From positions 1,344,001 through 1,408,000 of the forward strand of contig CAVRVY010000001.1 in assembly GCA_963724765.1 (NCBI GenBank): DNA of 64,000 nucleotides. Reading direction: 5' to 3'. This document shows positions 29,650-40,442 of the stretch, piece by piece. Positions within the stretch are counted from its first letter, which is position 1, and every line of letters starts with the position of its first letter. The stretch is from an uncultured delta proteobacterium. GTDB lineage: Bacteria; Desulfobacterota; Binatia; Binatales; Binataceae. The position numbers were made by a program, and so were the translations under genes. The notes under the pieces were generated by a model. That model made no database searches. It was not told the DNA's origin and was given only the letters and a program-made list of their open reading frames with translations.

Positions 29650-30427
29650 CCGTAGCTCTCCCCAGCCAGTCCAGCAGCCACGTCCCGGTTGAGCTGCCGT
29701 CGCGGACGGGCTCGGCGTCATGGCTGAAACGAACAATGGGCCATTTGCGATTGTGCGCGGCGGCGAGCAGGCGGCGATCGGGATTGACGGCCACCGGATG
29801 CCCCAGCGCGCAGAGAAAGGGTAAGTCGTAGTATGAGTCGGCGTATCCCCAGCATCCCGCCATGTCGACGCGGCACGCCTCAGTGAAGCTTTCGCACCAC
29901 TGCGACTTCTCGGAACCCGCCATCACCGGCTCCAGCATCCGGCCCGTAGCGAGTCCGCGGCTGTAGACCAGGCGGTTGGCGGCGAAATATTCGATCTTGA
30001 GGCGGCGCGCGAGCGGCTCGACCAGGAAATCAGGCGACCCGGTAACCAGCACCGGTTCGATTCCGGCGGCGCGATTGGCCTCGAGCATTTCGATCGCGCG
30101 CGGATACAGATGGCGCATCAGCACCCGGTCGCAATACTCGTCTCCAAGTTCCCACAGACGGTCGCGCGAGACCCCCTTGTAGGCCTCGAACAGCATCATG
30201 TTGAGCAGCCGGCGGTCGTGACGCTCGGCCATGTAGAGCCGCGGAAGGCTGAGCGCGAGACGGGCGAGATAGCCGGCACGTCCGCTCCATTCGCCCAGGT
30301 TGGCCATGTAGAAGACGGTGGCGTGCAGCAGGTTGAGACTGGCCAGCGTGCCGTCGAGGTCGTAAAAGGCCAGCACCTTAGCCCGGCCGCGGGAGCTGCG
30401 TCCCGTTCTGGTCGCATAAACTGACAT
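29630..30427 (-). CDS. HAD-IB (SerB-like) phosphatase
   Basis: AFYDLDGTL, LVTGSP, K in GSEK, GYADSYYDLPFL, AVNPDRRL. Confidence 0.92.
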   Translation of the reverse strand: MSVYATRTGRSSRGRAKVLAFYDLDGTLASLNLLHATVFYMANLGEWSGRAGYLARLALSLPRLYMAERHDRRLLNMMLFEAYKGVSRDRLWELGDEYCDRVLMRHLYPRAIEMLEANRAAGIEPVLVTGSPDFLVEPLARRLKIEYFAANRLVYSRGLATGRMLEPVMAGSEKSQWCESFTEACRVDMAGCWGYADSYYDLPFLCALGHPVAVNPDRRLLAAAHNRKWPIVRFSHDAEPVRDGSSTGTWLLDWLGRATDGATGR

Positions 30428-30428
30428 G

Positions 30429-31079
30429 TCATTCTACCTTGGGCCCAGAAACAGCGCGCTCAGCCGTTGGCAATTCGCCACGCCGGCGGGCTTCGTCGAG
30501 CAACTCCGGGCGCGCCACGCCACCCAGTCCGAAGGCCAGAATTTCTTCGACTAGCGAATCGATCTCACGCGGGCGCCGGCGCGCGATCTGGCCGACCACC
30601 TCCTTGATTCCGCCCAGGATGCAATAGGCGGCGATGCGCGTGTCGCAGGGACGCACGAGGTTCATCTGCACGCCCAGGTCCAGCGAACGCTGGATGGCGT
30701 CGGCGATGCGCTGGTAGAATTCCAGGATCCGCAAATCGAGGTCGCGGTCGAAACCCACCGAGTGGTTGAGCAGGATATCGGTCAATTCGCGCTCCGCCAG
30801 CACGAAATTCATCACGCGCTTGAGGTTGTCGCGCAGTTGATTGACCGGGTCGGGTTCATCCGCGCGCAGGCGCTGGATGCGTCGTGAAAGCTCGGTTAGC
30901 ACTTGGGCGAGCAGTTCCTCGAAGAGATCCTTCTTGTTTTGAAAGTAGAGGTAGAAGGTACCTCGTGCGATACGAGCGCGGGCGATGATATCAGCGACAT
31001 TGGTCCGATGATAGCCTTTGCGCGCGAATATCCGCTTGGCATGGCGCAACACCTGGGCGCGCCGGGCCTGTCGTTCCAT
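30429..31079 (-). CDS. TetR/AcrR-family transcriptional regulator
   Basis: FARKGYHRTNVADIIARARIARGTFYLYFQNKKDLF helix-turn-helix; ends 1 nt before the HAD start. Confidence 0.95.
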   Translation of the reverse strand: MERQARRAQVLRHAKRIFARKGYHRTNVADIIARARIARGTFYLYFQNKKDLFEELLAQVLTELSRRIQRLRADEPDPVNQLRDNLKRVMNFVLAERELTDILLNHSVGFDRDLDLRILEFYQRIADAIQRSLDLGVQMNLVRPCDTRIAAYCILGGIKEVVGQIARRRPREIDSLVEEILAFGLGGVARPELLDEARRRGELPTAERAVSGPKVE

Positions 31080-31181
31080 TACAAGAAAACCTCAGGAGAA
31101 TAAGACCCTATCGGCCCGTTCCGGTAGTGTCAAACCTTCCCTTTGTGGATAACCTCCACGCCGCGGTCGGGCTTTCGATGC

Positions 31182-31658
31182 TCACGGAGAAGGTGGCGAC
31201 GGCGGGCACGGACTGCAAGCCGACGCCGGCTGTCCGACGCCTATCAGCACCGGCGGGCTTATCACCGTCCCGGAGGCGGCCGTAATACACGTGCACCCCG
31301 TCACCGTGTGCGAGGTGAAGAAGCCTTGACCCTCACTGGTGAGGAGCGAATTGTTGACGAACCAGTTTGCCGACGGCGAGATATTCTGGAAAGTGCTGAT
31401 CCCGTTGGAGCTGAACTCACCCTGGGCATAGAACTCGTAGTCGTCGGTGCTGAGCGGAATCTCAGCCGAGGTGGCTTGTGTACACGCGGCCCCGGTTGAT
31501 GGAGCCTGCGCGCAGACCCGCATCACTATCAGCGTTATCGGCGTGACGGTAGGAGACGGGGCCGAGCTGCTCGAGCCGCCGCCGCAACTGAGCAGCAGCG
31601 TCGTCATCACGAAAGCCAGTACAGGCCCGACAATCAAGCATCTTTTTTGCCACATCAA
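31182..31658 (-). CDS. Cys-rich lipoprotein, possibly with an Ig-like domain
   Basis: Signal ...VLAFVMTTLLLS-CGGGSSSS lipobox; FYAQGEFS...NISPSANW pattern; several Cys. Confidence 0.65.
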   Translation of the reverse strand: MMWQKRCLIVGPVLAFVMTTLLLSCGGGSSSSAPSPTVTPITLIVMRVCAQAPSTGAACTQATSAEIPLSTDDYEFYAQGEFSSNGISTFQNISPSANWFVNNSLLTSEGQGFFTSHTVTGCTCITAASGTVISPPVLIGVGQPASACSPCPPSPPSP

Positions 31659-32034
31659 GCATCCAGCTATGCCGTGGTAGCTCCAGCGCTGTCAAGCAGA
31701 GGCGCCAGAAACTAGACATGCCGGCCCTAAATTCTTCCCGTCAGATGGGTGGAGAGGCGGGAGTGATTCGAAATCGAAGCTGGAGAGTCGCCAGACAAGG
31801 AACGGCGGGCATCGAGAGAGGGGGGAGGCTCCCCGATGCCCGCCCGTTCGGGCCCGCCTTTCGGCGGACATCGTTCGGCTGCCGGGAGGAGGTTGCAACC
31901 GAAGTGCGGTGCAGTGAAAACTGCCAACAAATCCGCACTCAAAAGATTCGACGATGACCCGGCGGGATTATTCAGAGGGCTCCGCGGACCGGCTTTTAGG
32001 CCGCAGTCGAGCACCACCAGAGAAGTTCCCAGGG

Positions 32035-32069
32035 AAAAAAGAAAAGGGCCGGAGGGCAAACTCCGGCCC
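32035..32069 (-). terminator. Rho-independent terminator downstream of the Flp pilin
   Basis: Minus strand GGGCCGGAG-TTTGCC-CTCCGGCCC followed by TTTTCTTTTTT. Confidence 0.85.
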
Positions 32070-32185
32070 GAAATCCAGTCCGCCGTCTGTGTCCTTTATC
32101 GCGATCCGGCTACTATCCCCGTGAAGCTGCCGGATGCCATACAAAGACCTTCAGACGGACGAGGTCTTCCCAGCCAAGGCAACGC

Positions 32186-32374
32186 CTAAAGAGAGGCCAC
32201 CACTGTGGCAAAAAAAGTTGCAAGATTCTCCGCAAACGCTTTGATCCCGAGCCCTAATCCCGCATAGGCGGAATAGGCCGCAACGCCGACGAAAAACACG
32301 ACCATTGAATATTCCGTGAAAGTCTGACCATTGCTCGACTTTCGCATCTTTGCCAAAACTCCGTTCAAATCCAT
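32186..32374 (-). CDS. Flp/Fap (Tad-type) pilin-like protein
   Basis: 62 aa: MDLNGVLAKMRKSSNG|QTFTEYSMVVFFVGVAAY... with G|xxxxEY prepilin motif and hydrophobic helix; GAGGAG RBS upstream. Confidence 0.75.
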   Translation of the reverse strand: MDLNGVLAKMRKSSNGQTFTEYSMVVFFVGVAAYSAYAGLGLGIKAFAENLATFFATVVASL

Positions 32375-32877
32375 CGCAATACTCCTCACCACCCCTTTTT
32401 TTGTGAGAGACCACGAAGCGTTCTGCGTCCCCATCGACCCTCCGGGCAGCTGATAGCAGGCCCGACGTGAACAAACGGCAAATCTAACGCCACAATAGTA
32501 GCATATTTTGCTTTAACTTGGCAAGCTTAGGCTCAATTACGCATTCAGACTGCTATCTTCCATTCAAAAGGACAGCTTGGGAGGCCTGCACTCCGAATGA
32601 CAGGCCATCGATGGCCTACGAACAGAAACGAACGTCTCGGGTCCTACGTCGTCCGAGCGGTCTCCCAGCTCGCCATTGATTTCACAATTTCCTCACTCGA
32701 CCGCAGCGACCGGCTGTGTTCAGTTTTTGTATGACGAGGCCGGCGGCTTGAATCCCACGCCTTTGAATGTGTCGGCAGGTTACCTAAGAGACTTACGCGG
32801 TGCATAATTATGATCGCACGTTGATCACGTCGTAACGACTTGCCCGGCGCGAGCCTTTTATCCAAGGAGCGATAGCA

Positions 32878-33894
32878 ATGCAGATGGGTATGATCGGTCT
32901 GGGCAGGATGGGCGCCAACATGGTGCGGCGGCTCCTGCGTGGTGGGCATCAGTGCGTGGTCTTCGACGTCAGTCCTGACGCGGTGAAGGCGATCGCCAAA
33001 GAGGGCGCAATCGGCGCATCCTCGCTCGATGACTTCGGGGCGAAGCTCACAAAGCCGCGAGTCGCCTGGATGATGGTGCCGGCGGCGGTGGTGGAAAAGA
33101 CGCTTGCGGATCTCGCGGCGCACTTCGAGCCGGGCGACATCCTGGTCGACGGCGGCAACTCCTACTACGTCGATGACCTCCGCCGCGCCAAGACGCTGCG
33201 CGCCAAGGGCATCCACTATGTCGATTCCGGCACCAGCGGTGGCGTATGGGGATTGGAGCGCGGCTTCTGCCAGATGATCGGCGGCGAGGCCGAGGTCATC
33301 AAACACCTCGATCCGATTTTCGCCACGCTCGCGCCGCCACTCGATTCAGCGCCGCGCACTCCCGGACGCGAGAAGGCCGCACCGGGCACCGCCGAGCACG
33401 GCTACCTGCACTGCGGACCCAATGGCGCCGGCCACTTCGTCAAAATGGTACACAACGGAATCGAGTACGGGTTGATGGCGGCGTATGCGGAGGGGATGAA
33501 CATCCTGCGCCGCGCCAACGTCGGCAAGCAGCAGCACGTGGCCGACGCAGAGACCACGCCGCTGCGCGATCCCGAACTGTACCAGTACAATTTCAATCTC
33601 GCCGACATTGCCGAGGTCTGGCGCCGCGGCAGCGTCATCGCTTCGTGGCTGCTCGATCTCACGGCCGACGCGATGGCGGGCGATCCGGAGCTGAAGAAGT
33701 TCACCGGCCGGGTCTCAGATTCGGGTGAGGGACGCTGGACGGTGGACGCGGCGATCGACGAGGGGGTGCCAGCGCCGGTCCTGACGGCGGCCTTGTACGA
33801 GCGCTTCAGTTCGCGCGGCGCGGCCGACTTCGCCGACAAACTGCTCTCCGCGATGCGCTACGAGTTCGGCGGGCACCTGGAGAAAAAGTCATGA
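32878..33894 (+). CDS. gnd: 6-phosphogluconate dehydrogenase, decarboxylating (short NAD-type)
   Basis: [49 protein letters not shown]. Confidence 0.96.
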   Translation: MQMGMIGLGRMGANMVRRLLRGGHQCVVFDVSPDAVKAIAKEGAIGASSLDDFGAKLTKPRVAWMMVPAAVVEKTLADLAAHFEPGDILVDGGNSYYVDDLRRAKTLRAKGIHYVDSGTSGGVWGLERGFCQMIGGEAEVIKHLDPIFATLAPPLDSAPRTPGREKAAPGTAEHGYLHCGPNGAGHFVKMVHNGIEYGLMAAYAEGMNILRRANVGKQQHVADAETTPLRDPELYQYNFNLADIAEVWRRGSVIASWLLDLTADAMAGDPELKKFTGRVSDSGEGRWTVDAAIDEGVPAPVLTAALYERFSSRGAADFADKLLSAMRYEFGGHLEKKS

Positions 33895-35267
33895 GCGGCA
33901 GTGCGCCGCGCTCGGATGCGCTGGCGTTTTTTGGCGCCACCGGCGACCTCGCATACAAGAAAATCTTCCCGGCGCTGCATGCGATGGCGCGACGCGGCCA
34001 TCTGGAGTTTCCGGTGATCGGCGTGGCGAAGTCGGGCTGGAATCTCGATCAGCTTCGCGCACGCGCGCGCGAGAGTATCGAAAAGCACGGCGGCGGTGTC
34101 AACGACGAAGCCTTCGCGCGGCTGCTGAAGCGCCTCCGCTACATTGACGGCGACTATCAGGACGCGGCGACCTACACGGCGCTGCTCAAGGCGATGGACG
34201 GCGCGGAGCGCCCGGCGCACTACCTGGCGATTCCGCCGAGCCTCTTTGCAACCGTGATCAAGAATCTCGGCAGTTCAGGATGCGCGCGCAATGGGCGCGT
34301 TATCGTCGAGAAGCCCTTCGGACACGACTTGCCCTCGGCGCAGGCGCTCAACGTGACGCTGCACACGGTGTTCGACGAATCCCGGGTGTTTCGAATCGAC
34401 CATTACCTGGGCAAGGAGCCGGTGCAGAACCTGGTCCTGTTCCGATTCGCCAATTCCTTTCTTGAGCCGATCTGGAATCGGCGCTACGTCAAGAGCGTGC
34501 AGATCACGATGGCCGAGAGTTTCGGGGTGCAGGGCCGCGGCGCCTTTTACGACGCCAACGGCGCGATCCGCGACGTGGTGCAGAACCATCTGCTCCAGGT
34601 CGTGGCGTACCTGGCGATGGAGCCGCCGCTGACCACCTATCCCGAATCGATCCAGGACGAGAAGGTCAAGGTCTTCCGCTCGATCCTGCCGCTGAATCCG
34701 GATGACATGGTGCGCGGACAATTCAGCGGCTACCTCAAGGAGCCGGGCGTGAAGCCGGGCTCGACGGTCGAAACTTTCGCCGCCGTGCGGTTGCATATCG
34801 ACTCATGGCGATGGGACGGCGTGCCGTTCTTCATCCGCGCCGGCAAATGCATGCCGGTGACCGCCACCGAGGTGTTGGTCACGCTCAAGCGGCCGCCGCT
34901 GCGCAAGCTCCGTCCGGAGGATTCGAACTACTATCGTTTCCGGCTCGGCCCCGACGTGATAATCGCCGTCGGCGCGCAGGTCAAGCGTCCCGGCGAGCAC
35001 ATGGATCCCGAACCAACCGAGCTCAAGCTCGTGCAGCGGCCCGAAGGCGAAGAGATGGATGCCTACGAGCGTCTGCTGGGTGACGCGATGGCTGGCGACC
35101 ACTTGCTGTTCACGCGCCAGGATGCGGTCGAGTCGCAATGGGCGATCGTTCAGCCGGTTCTGGGCGACGTTACTCCGGCACTGGAGTATCAGCCGGGCAC
35201 CTGGGGGCCGGCCAAAGCCGAGCAGTTGACCTCGGAGGTCGATGGCTGGCACAACCCACCCGCATAG
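33891..35267 (+). CDS. zwf: Glucose-6-phosphate 1-dehydrogenase
   Basis: [40 protein letters not shown]. Confidence 0.97.
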   Translation: MSGSAPRSDALAFFGATGDLAYKKIFPALHAMARRGHLEFPVIGVAKSGWNLDQLRARARESIEKHGGGVNDEAFARLLKRLRYIDGDYQDAATYTALLKAMDGAERPAHYLAIPPSLFATVIKNLGSSGCARNGRVIVEKPFGHDLPSAQALNVTLHTVFDESRVFRIDHYLGKEPVQNLVLFRFANSFLEPIWNRRYVKSVQITMAESFGVQGRGAFYDANGAIRDVVQNHLLQVVAYLAMEPPLTTYPESIQDEKVKVFRSILPLNPDDMVRGQFSGYLKEPGVKPGSTVETFAAVRLHIDSWRWDGVPFFIRAGKCMPVTATEVLVTLKRPPLRKLRPEDSNYYRFRLGPDVIIAVGAQVKRPGEHMDPEPTELKLVQRPEGEEMDAYERLLGDAMAGDHLLFTRQDAVESQWAIVQPVLGDVTPALEYQPGTWGPAKAEQLTSEVDGWHNPPA

Positions 35268-35369
35268 GTTGATGAATGTATAACCGCTCGGTTTATGCCG
35301 ATCTCAGTTTAAGCCGAGCCTGCGCGCCATGCGCGTGGAGTGAGGCGCAAGAGAAGTCAGGAGAAAATT

Positions 35370-36455
35370 ATGAAAGCGACACAAATACTGCATGAGGCCG
35401 GCCAGAGCCTCTGGCTGGACAACATCACGCGCGCGCTGCTGGTCGGCGGCGGGCTCAAACGCTATATCGACGAGTTATCGATCACGGGCCTGACCTCGAA
35501 TCCGAGCATCTTCGACCAGGCGATCAAGAACAGTAACGACTACGACGCGGCCATCCGGGAGAAGACCGCCGCACGCAAGGAGGGCGAGGCGCTGTTCTTC
35601 GAGCTCGCGCTCGAGGACCTCACGCGCGCCGCCGATCTCTTTCGTCCGCTCCACGACAAGACCAACGGGGTCGACGGATGGGTCTCGCTCGAAATTTCGC
35701 CCAAGCTCGCCTACGACACCGCGGGCAGCATCGCGGCCGCGAAGCAGTTGTCCGCGCGCGGCGCACGCCCGAACCTGTTCATGAAAATTCCCGGGACTCG
35801 CGAGGGCATCCCGGCGATAGAAGAAGCTATCTTCGCTGGCGTGCCGATCAACGTAACGCTGCTTTTCTCGCGCGAGCAATACGTCGCGGCCGCCGAAGCC
35901 TATATCCGCGGCATCGAGCGCCGTCTCGCGGCCGGCCTCAATCCGCACGTCGGTTCGGTCGCCTCGGTGTTCGTCAGCCGATGGGACGTCGCGGCGGCGA
36001 AGAAAGTGCCGCCGGCTTTGCACGACCGCCTCGGCATCGCGATGGCCAAACGGATCTACAAGGCCTACCGCGAGTTGCTCGCCTCCGACCGCTGGCTCAG
36101 ACTGCTCAACTTCGGCGCCCGCTCGCAGCGGCTGCTATGGGCCAGCACCGGCACCAAGGATCCCAAGGCTTCCGACGTGCTCTACGTGAAGTCACTGGCG
36201 GCGCCGCATACGGTCAACACTATGCCCGAGAATACTCTGAAGGCGCTTGCCGACCACGGCGAGGTTGGCGCGATGATGGCGCACGATGGCGGCAACGCGG
36301 AGGCCGAGCTGGCCGAGTTCACCAGGGCTGGAGTCGATATCGACGCGCTGGCCGAGCAGCTTCAGCGCGAAGGCGCGGACGCTTTCGTCAAGTCATGGGA
36401 AGACCTTCTGGTCTGCATCACGAACAAGAGCGCGGCGCTCAAAAAGGCGAGCTGA
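35370..36455 (+). CDS. tal: Transaldolase (long type)
   Basis: [48 protein letters not shown]. Confidence 0.95.
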   Translation: MKATQILHEAGQSLWLDNITRALLVGGGLKRYIDELSITGLTSNPSIFDQAIKNSNDYDAAIREKTAARKEGEALFFELALEDLTRAADLFRPLHDKTNGVDGWVSLEISPKLAYDTAGSIAAAKQLSARGARPNLFMKIPGTREGIPAIEEAIFAGVPINVTLLFSREQYVAAAEAYIRGIERRLAAGLNPHVGSVASVFVSRWDVAAAKKVPPALHDRLGIAMAKRIYKAYRELLASDRWLRLLNFGARSQRLLWASTGTKDPKASDVLYVKSLAAPHTVNTMPENTLKALADHGEVGAMMAHDGGNAEAELAEFTRAGVDIDALAEQLQREGADAFVKSWEDLLVCITNKSAALKKAS

Positions 36456-36475
36456 TCGCGAAGGGGAACGGACCG

Positions 36476-38119
36476 ATGGAGACCAAAACCGCGCCGCTCA
36501 CCGGACGGCCTGCCTGGAAGGCTCTGAGTGAGCATTACCAGAAGATTCGCGACATTCATCTGCGCACGCTCTTCAGCGAAGACCCGAAACGCGGCGCGCG
36601 CTTCGCAGCCGAAGCCGCCGGGCTCTATCTCGACTACTCCAAGCATCGCATCACGGACGAGACGATGCGCCTGCTGCTGGCGCTGGCCGGGGAGGCGGGG
36701 CTGCGCGGGCGGATCGACGCAATGTTCGCGGGTGAGAAGATCAACGTCACCGAGCGGCGCGCCGTTTTGCACGTGGCGCTGCGCGCGCCGCGCGGCGCGT
36801 CGATCATGACCGACGGCAAGAATGTGGTGCCCGAGGTTCACGAGGTGCTTGAGCGGATGGCGGCCTTCAGCCGCCGCGTGCGCGACGGTTCGTGGACGGG
36901 CCACACCGGCAAGCGCATCCGCAACGTCATCAATATTGGAATCGGCGGCTCGGACCTCGGGCCGGTGATGGCCTACGAGGCGCTGCGCCACTACAGCGAT
37001 CGCAATCTCACCGTGCGCTTCGTCTCCAACGTCGATGGCACCGACTTCGTCGAGGCGACGCGCGACCTCGACGCGGCCGAAACGCTATTCATCATCTCCT
37101 CGAAGACCTTCACCACGCTCGAGACCATGACCAACGCGCACAGCGCGCGGAAGTGGAGTCTCGATGCGCTCGGCGACGAGAAGGCGATCGCGAAACATTT
37201 CGTCGCGGTCTCGACCAACGCCGCCGAGGTGACCAAGTTCGGCATCGACGCGCAGAACATGTTCGGGTTCTGGGACTGGGTGGGCGGCCGTTACTCGATG
37301 GACTCGGCGATCGGGCTCTCGACGATGATCGCGGTCGGACAGGAGAACTTTCGCGCGATGCTCAACGGGTTCCACGCGATCGACGAGCACTTCCGCACCG
37401 CGCCGTTCGAAAGCAACCTGCCGGTGATCATGGGGTTGCTCTCGATCTGGTACAACGATTTCTTCGGCGCGCAGACGGTCGGCGTCTTTCCATATGAGCA
37501 ATATCTAAAGCGCTTTCCGGCCTACCTGCAGCAGCTCACGATGGAATCCAACGGCAAGCATGTGACGCTCGACGCCGCGGCCGTCGACTATCAGACCGGG
37601 CCGATTTTCTGGGGCGAGCCGGGAACCAATGGGCAGCATTCGTTCTACCAGTTGATTCATCAGGGCACGAAGCTCATCCCCTGCGACTTCATCGCGTTTT
37701 ACCGCTCGCTCAATCCGCTCGGGCGCCATCACGATATGCTGCTCGCCAACGTCTTCGCCCAGGGCGAGGCGCTCGCCTTCGGCAAGACTCCCGAGCAGGT
37801 CAAGGCCGAGGGTACGCCCGACTGGCTGGTGCCGCATCGCGTGTTCGAGGGCAATCGCCCCTCCACGACGATTCTGGCCGAGCAGCTGACGCCCGAGACG
37901 CTGGGCAAGCTGGTGGCGCTCTACGAGCACAGCGTGTTCACCCAGGGCGCGATCTGGGGCATCGACTCGTTCGACCAATGGGGCGTCGAGCTGGGCAAGG
38001 TGCTGGCCCAACGAATCATCCCCGAGCTGGAAAGCGCCGGCGCGCCGCAACTCAAACACGACAGCTCGACCAACGCGTTGATCGCGCGCTACCGGGAGCA
38101 TCGACAAAAGAGCGGATGA
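36476..38119 (+). CDS. pgi: Glucose-6-phosphate isomerase
   Basis: [51 protein letters not shown]. True start METKT at 36476. Confidence 0.97.
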   Translation: METKTAPLTGRPAWKALSEHYQKIRDIHLRTLFSEDPKRGARFAAEAAGLYLDYSKHRITDETMRLLLALAGEAGLRGRIDAMFAGEKINVTERRAVLHVALRAPRGASIMTDGKNVVPEVHEVLERMAAFSRRVRDGSWTGHTGKRIRNVINIGIGGSDLGPVMAYEALRHYSDRNLTVRFVSNVDGTDFVEATRDLDAAETLFIISSKTFTTLETMTNAHSARKWSLDALGDEKAIAKHFVAVSTNAAEVTKFGIDAQNMFGFWDWVGGRYSMDSAIGLSTMIAVGQENFRAMLNGFHAIDEHFRTAPFESNLPVIMGLLSIWYNDFFGAQTVGVFPYEQYLKRFPAYLQQLTMESNGKHVTLDAAAVDYQTGPIFWGEPGTNGQHSFYQLIHQGTKLIPCDFIAFYRSLNPLGRHHDMLLANVFAQGEALAFGKTPEQVKAEGTPDWLVPHRVFEGNRPSTTILAEQLTPETLGKLVALYEHSVFTQGAIWGIDSFDQWGVELGKVLAQRIIPELESAGAPQLKHDSSTNALIARYREHRQKSG

Positions 38120-38715
38120 AACTGCCCCGCAGTTTCTACGCCCGTCCGGTGTTGGTGGTAGCGCGCGAATGTATCGGGATGATGCTGGTGCATCGCACGG
38201 CCGAGGGCGAGGCGGCAGGCCGCATCGTTGAAACCGAGGCGTATCGTGGGCCGCTCGACCTCGCGGCGCACAGCGCGCGCGGACTTACCAAACGGACCGC
38301 GGTGATGTTCGGGCCGCCGGGCTACGCCTACGTCTATTTTATTTACGGATTGAGTTGGGCGATGAACATCATCGCAGCCACCGAGGGCGAGCCGCACGGG
38401 GTTTTGATCCGGGCACTCGAACCGGTTCGCGGATTGGAGCTGATGGTGCGCCGGCGCGGCGGCGGGAAATCTCCCGGCGCTCGCGAGTTGACCAATGGCC
38501 CGGGCAAGCTGACGCAGGCGCTCGGGATAACCGGCGAGGACTACGGACGCGACCTTTGCGGCGACCGGCTTTTCCTGGAAGAGGCCGATCGGCGGGTCGG
38601 AAGAGTAGGGCGCTCGGCGCGTATCAACGTGGATTACGCCGGCGCGTGGGCCACGAAGCGATGGCGATTTTACGAACGCGGCAATCGCTACGTATCGGTC
38701 CGCCCGCGTGACTGA
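38116..38715 (+). CDS. mpg: 3-methyladenine DNA glycosylase (MPG/AAG family)
   Basis: [40 protein letters not shown]; ATGA overlap with pgi. Confidence 0.93.
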   Translation: MKLPRSFYARPVLVVARECIGMMLVHRTAEGEAAGRIVETEAYRGPLDLAAHSARGLTKRTAVMFGPPGYAYVYFIYGLSWAMNIIAATEGEPHGVLIRALEPVRGLELMVRRRGGGKSPGARELTNGPGKLTQALGITGEDYGRDLCGDRLFLEEADRRVGRVGRSARINVDYAGAWATKRWRFYERGNRYVSVRPRD

Positions 38716-38778
38716 CGCGTCGGCGATGCAGTCTGGACAGACCGCGCGCGTCTGCTAGTTTGTTGAGACTCCGGTCGC

Positions 38779-38855
38779 GCGCCCGTAGCTCAACTGGACA
38801 GAGCATCGGACTTCGGATCCGAGGGTTGGGGGTTCGACTCCCTTCGGGCGCGCCA
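38779..38855 (+). tRNA. tRNA-Arg, anticodon UCG
   Basis: Acceptor GCGCCCG/CGGGCGC-G-CCA; D arm GCTC..GAGC with GGA (A20); anticodon arm TCGGA-CTTCGGA-TCCGA; T loop TTCGA; 77 nt with encoded CCA. Confidence 0.95.
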
Positions 38856-38989
38856 ATAATTTCCGGATGCTGGGCTCGCCTTTTCGTTGGACGCGTTCCA
38901 TGTATCGTCCTCTTGCAGACGAGAGATCTCTCAGTTTCGCACGGACTCCTGCTGCCAATCGGTGCTTCTGGCACCTTAAAAACAGCCGG

Positions 38990-39475
38990 CTATTTAGCGG
39001 CCACGAGCCATACCAGAACGAGCAGACCAGTCACGAACACAATCGTCGCGGCGTTGTCTGCTAACCATCGAAGCCGCTTAGCCCGCCGACGACGCTGTTT
39101 GAGAGTAGCGGCGAACTTGCGATTCGCCTTATGCAGGTCGGCTTCGGTGATAGGTCCAGGAGCGAAAAGAACAACGTGCTTGCGGCTGCGGTGATCGGAC
39201 TTTCGAACAATGCCCGTCTCTCCCGCTAAGTCGCGTGGCGCCGCGGACGGGCTTGCGGACGCAACCGGCTCAGTCTGAGGTCCGGCGCGAAGGGGGTCCG
39301 CGGACGGTTCACTGAAATCCTCTACGATCGCGTCACCCGCTCGTCGGACTACACGACATTTGTCTGAGAAAAAACGACCGGCCAGCGGTGTGGACCGCAT
39401 TGCCGATCGCGCGGTGGAAAACCATCGAAGCGCGCGTCGATCCCCCGTCTCTCGCCATGTTTTCTGCATTCTCAT
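38990..39475 (-). CDS. Hypothetical protein with C-terminal TM helix (start uncertain)
   Basis: ORF ends in a basic stretch plus NAATIVFVTGLLVLVWLVAAK; no recognisable family. Confidence 0.35.
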   Translation of the reverse strand: MRMQKTWRETGDRRALRWFSTARSAMRSTPLAGRFFSDKCRVVRRAGDAIVEDFSEPSADPLRAGPQTEPVASASPSAAPRDLAGETGIVRKSDHRSRKHVVLFAPGPITEADLHKANRKFAATLKQRRRRAKRLRWLADNAATIVFVTGLLVLVWLVAAK

Positions 39476-39992
39476 GCTAACCGGACGTAGAGCGTTTCAA
39501 GTTTGCGATTCGCTCAGGAGCTTCAGCGTACAGGCGTTTGACACTTGCGAAAACAGGGTCAGTGGATAAAGCAAAGCAAGCATAATCATGCATAATGCGA
39601 GAGGCCTTTGTTATCGGCTGCATTGAAGACGAAAATCCGGCATCCGATTCGGTCCTCTTGCTGTGAATAACGAACTGCGCAGCAGCGCGCAGAGCGCTTT
39701 CAAATGCCGACGGCATGCCCGGTTTCTATAGATTATGCTGTCTAAGTAGGACTTTTATTAGGTGTTTAATCGGTTTGATACAATATCAAGCAGTTTGAGA
39801 TGAAAATATGGACTTTACCGGTCAAGCAGATTGGCACTCGACATGCCTCATCGGATTGCGCTATCAAGGCGCGTTCTACCTCGCGCAATTGATGTCCGGT
39901 CGCGTCGCACCGCGACCGAATAATGATGAAGGGCTTAAATGCTGAAGATATTAAGAAGACATCAGGGAGATATTAAGTTCAGGAGATACCGG

Positions 39993-40325
39993 ATGAAACT
40001 TCGAATGGTCCTTGCACTGGTTGCAACTGTGGCGGTCGTGGGAGCAGCGCCGGCCCGCGTGGCACACGCGCAGCCCTATGGACATCAGGGGTGGGGTGCC
40101 TACGACGAACATCACAGATGGCACGACGCCAATTGGTGGCACGTGCATCGTCCCGGATGGGTGTGGCAGTATCATCCGGAATGGGTCCAACACTATCCGC
40201 AGTGGCGGCTCACTGATGGCGACTATGACAACCACCATCACTGGCATGACCGCAACTGGTGGTACAAACATGATCCGAGATGGGTCGAGGCACATCACCC
40301 GCAATGGCAGCCGTGGCATAACTGA
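39993..40325 (+). CDS. Small secreted His/Trp-rich repeat protein
   Basis: AGGAG RBS; signal peptide MKLRMVLALVATVAVVGAAPARVAHA; two internal repeats GxYDxHHxWHDxNWW...PxWV...HPxW. Confidence 0.75.
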   Translation: MKLRMVLALVATVAVVGAAPARVAHAQPYGHQGWGAYDEHHRWHDANWWHVHRPGWVWQYHPEWVQHYPQWRLTDGDYDNHHHWHDRNWWYKHDPRWVEAHHPQWQPWHN

Positions 40326-40385
40326 CCGCCGCGACGGCCGCGATGACGGACGCAGCTAAGTTGAACGCGGGATCGCGAATCGAGT

Positions 40386-40435
40386 TCAGCGAATCAACCA
40401 TCATTGGTGGATTCGCTCGTTGGTTGATTCGCTGA
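40386..40435. terminator. Inverted repeat between convergent genes, possible terminator
   Basis: TCAGCGAATCAACCA (40386-40400) / TGGTTGATTCGCTGA (40421-40435), with a second near-copy of the right arm at 40405-40417. Confidence 0.5.
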
Positions 40436-40442
40436 TCGAGCT

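Noticed and set aside
32400-32500. Possible c-di-GMP-I riboswitch upstream of the Flp pilin (GGGACGCA on minus strand)
   Set aside because: No GCAAA-stem-GAAA-stem arrangement precedes it; the match is too weak.
35678-38119. 813-aa ORF suggesting a Tal-Pgi fusion
   Set aside because: The extension is an off-frame read through tal. tal has its own stop at 36455 and pgi its own start at 36476.
32878-38119. gnd-zwf-tal-pgi cluster as a novel pathway
   Set aside because: A common oxidative pentose-phosphate arrangement.
39775-39789. FNR box
   Set aside because: Spacer between TTGAT and ATCAA is 5 nt, not the canonical 4; kept only as a generic palindrome.
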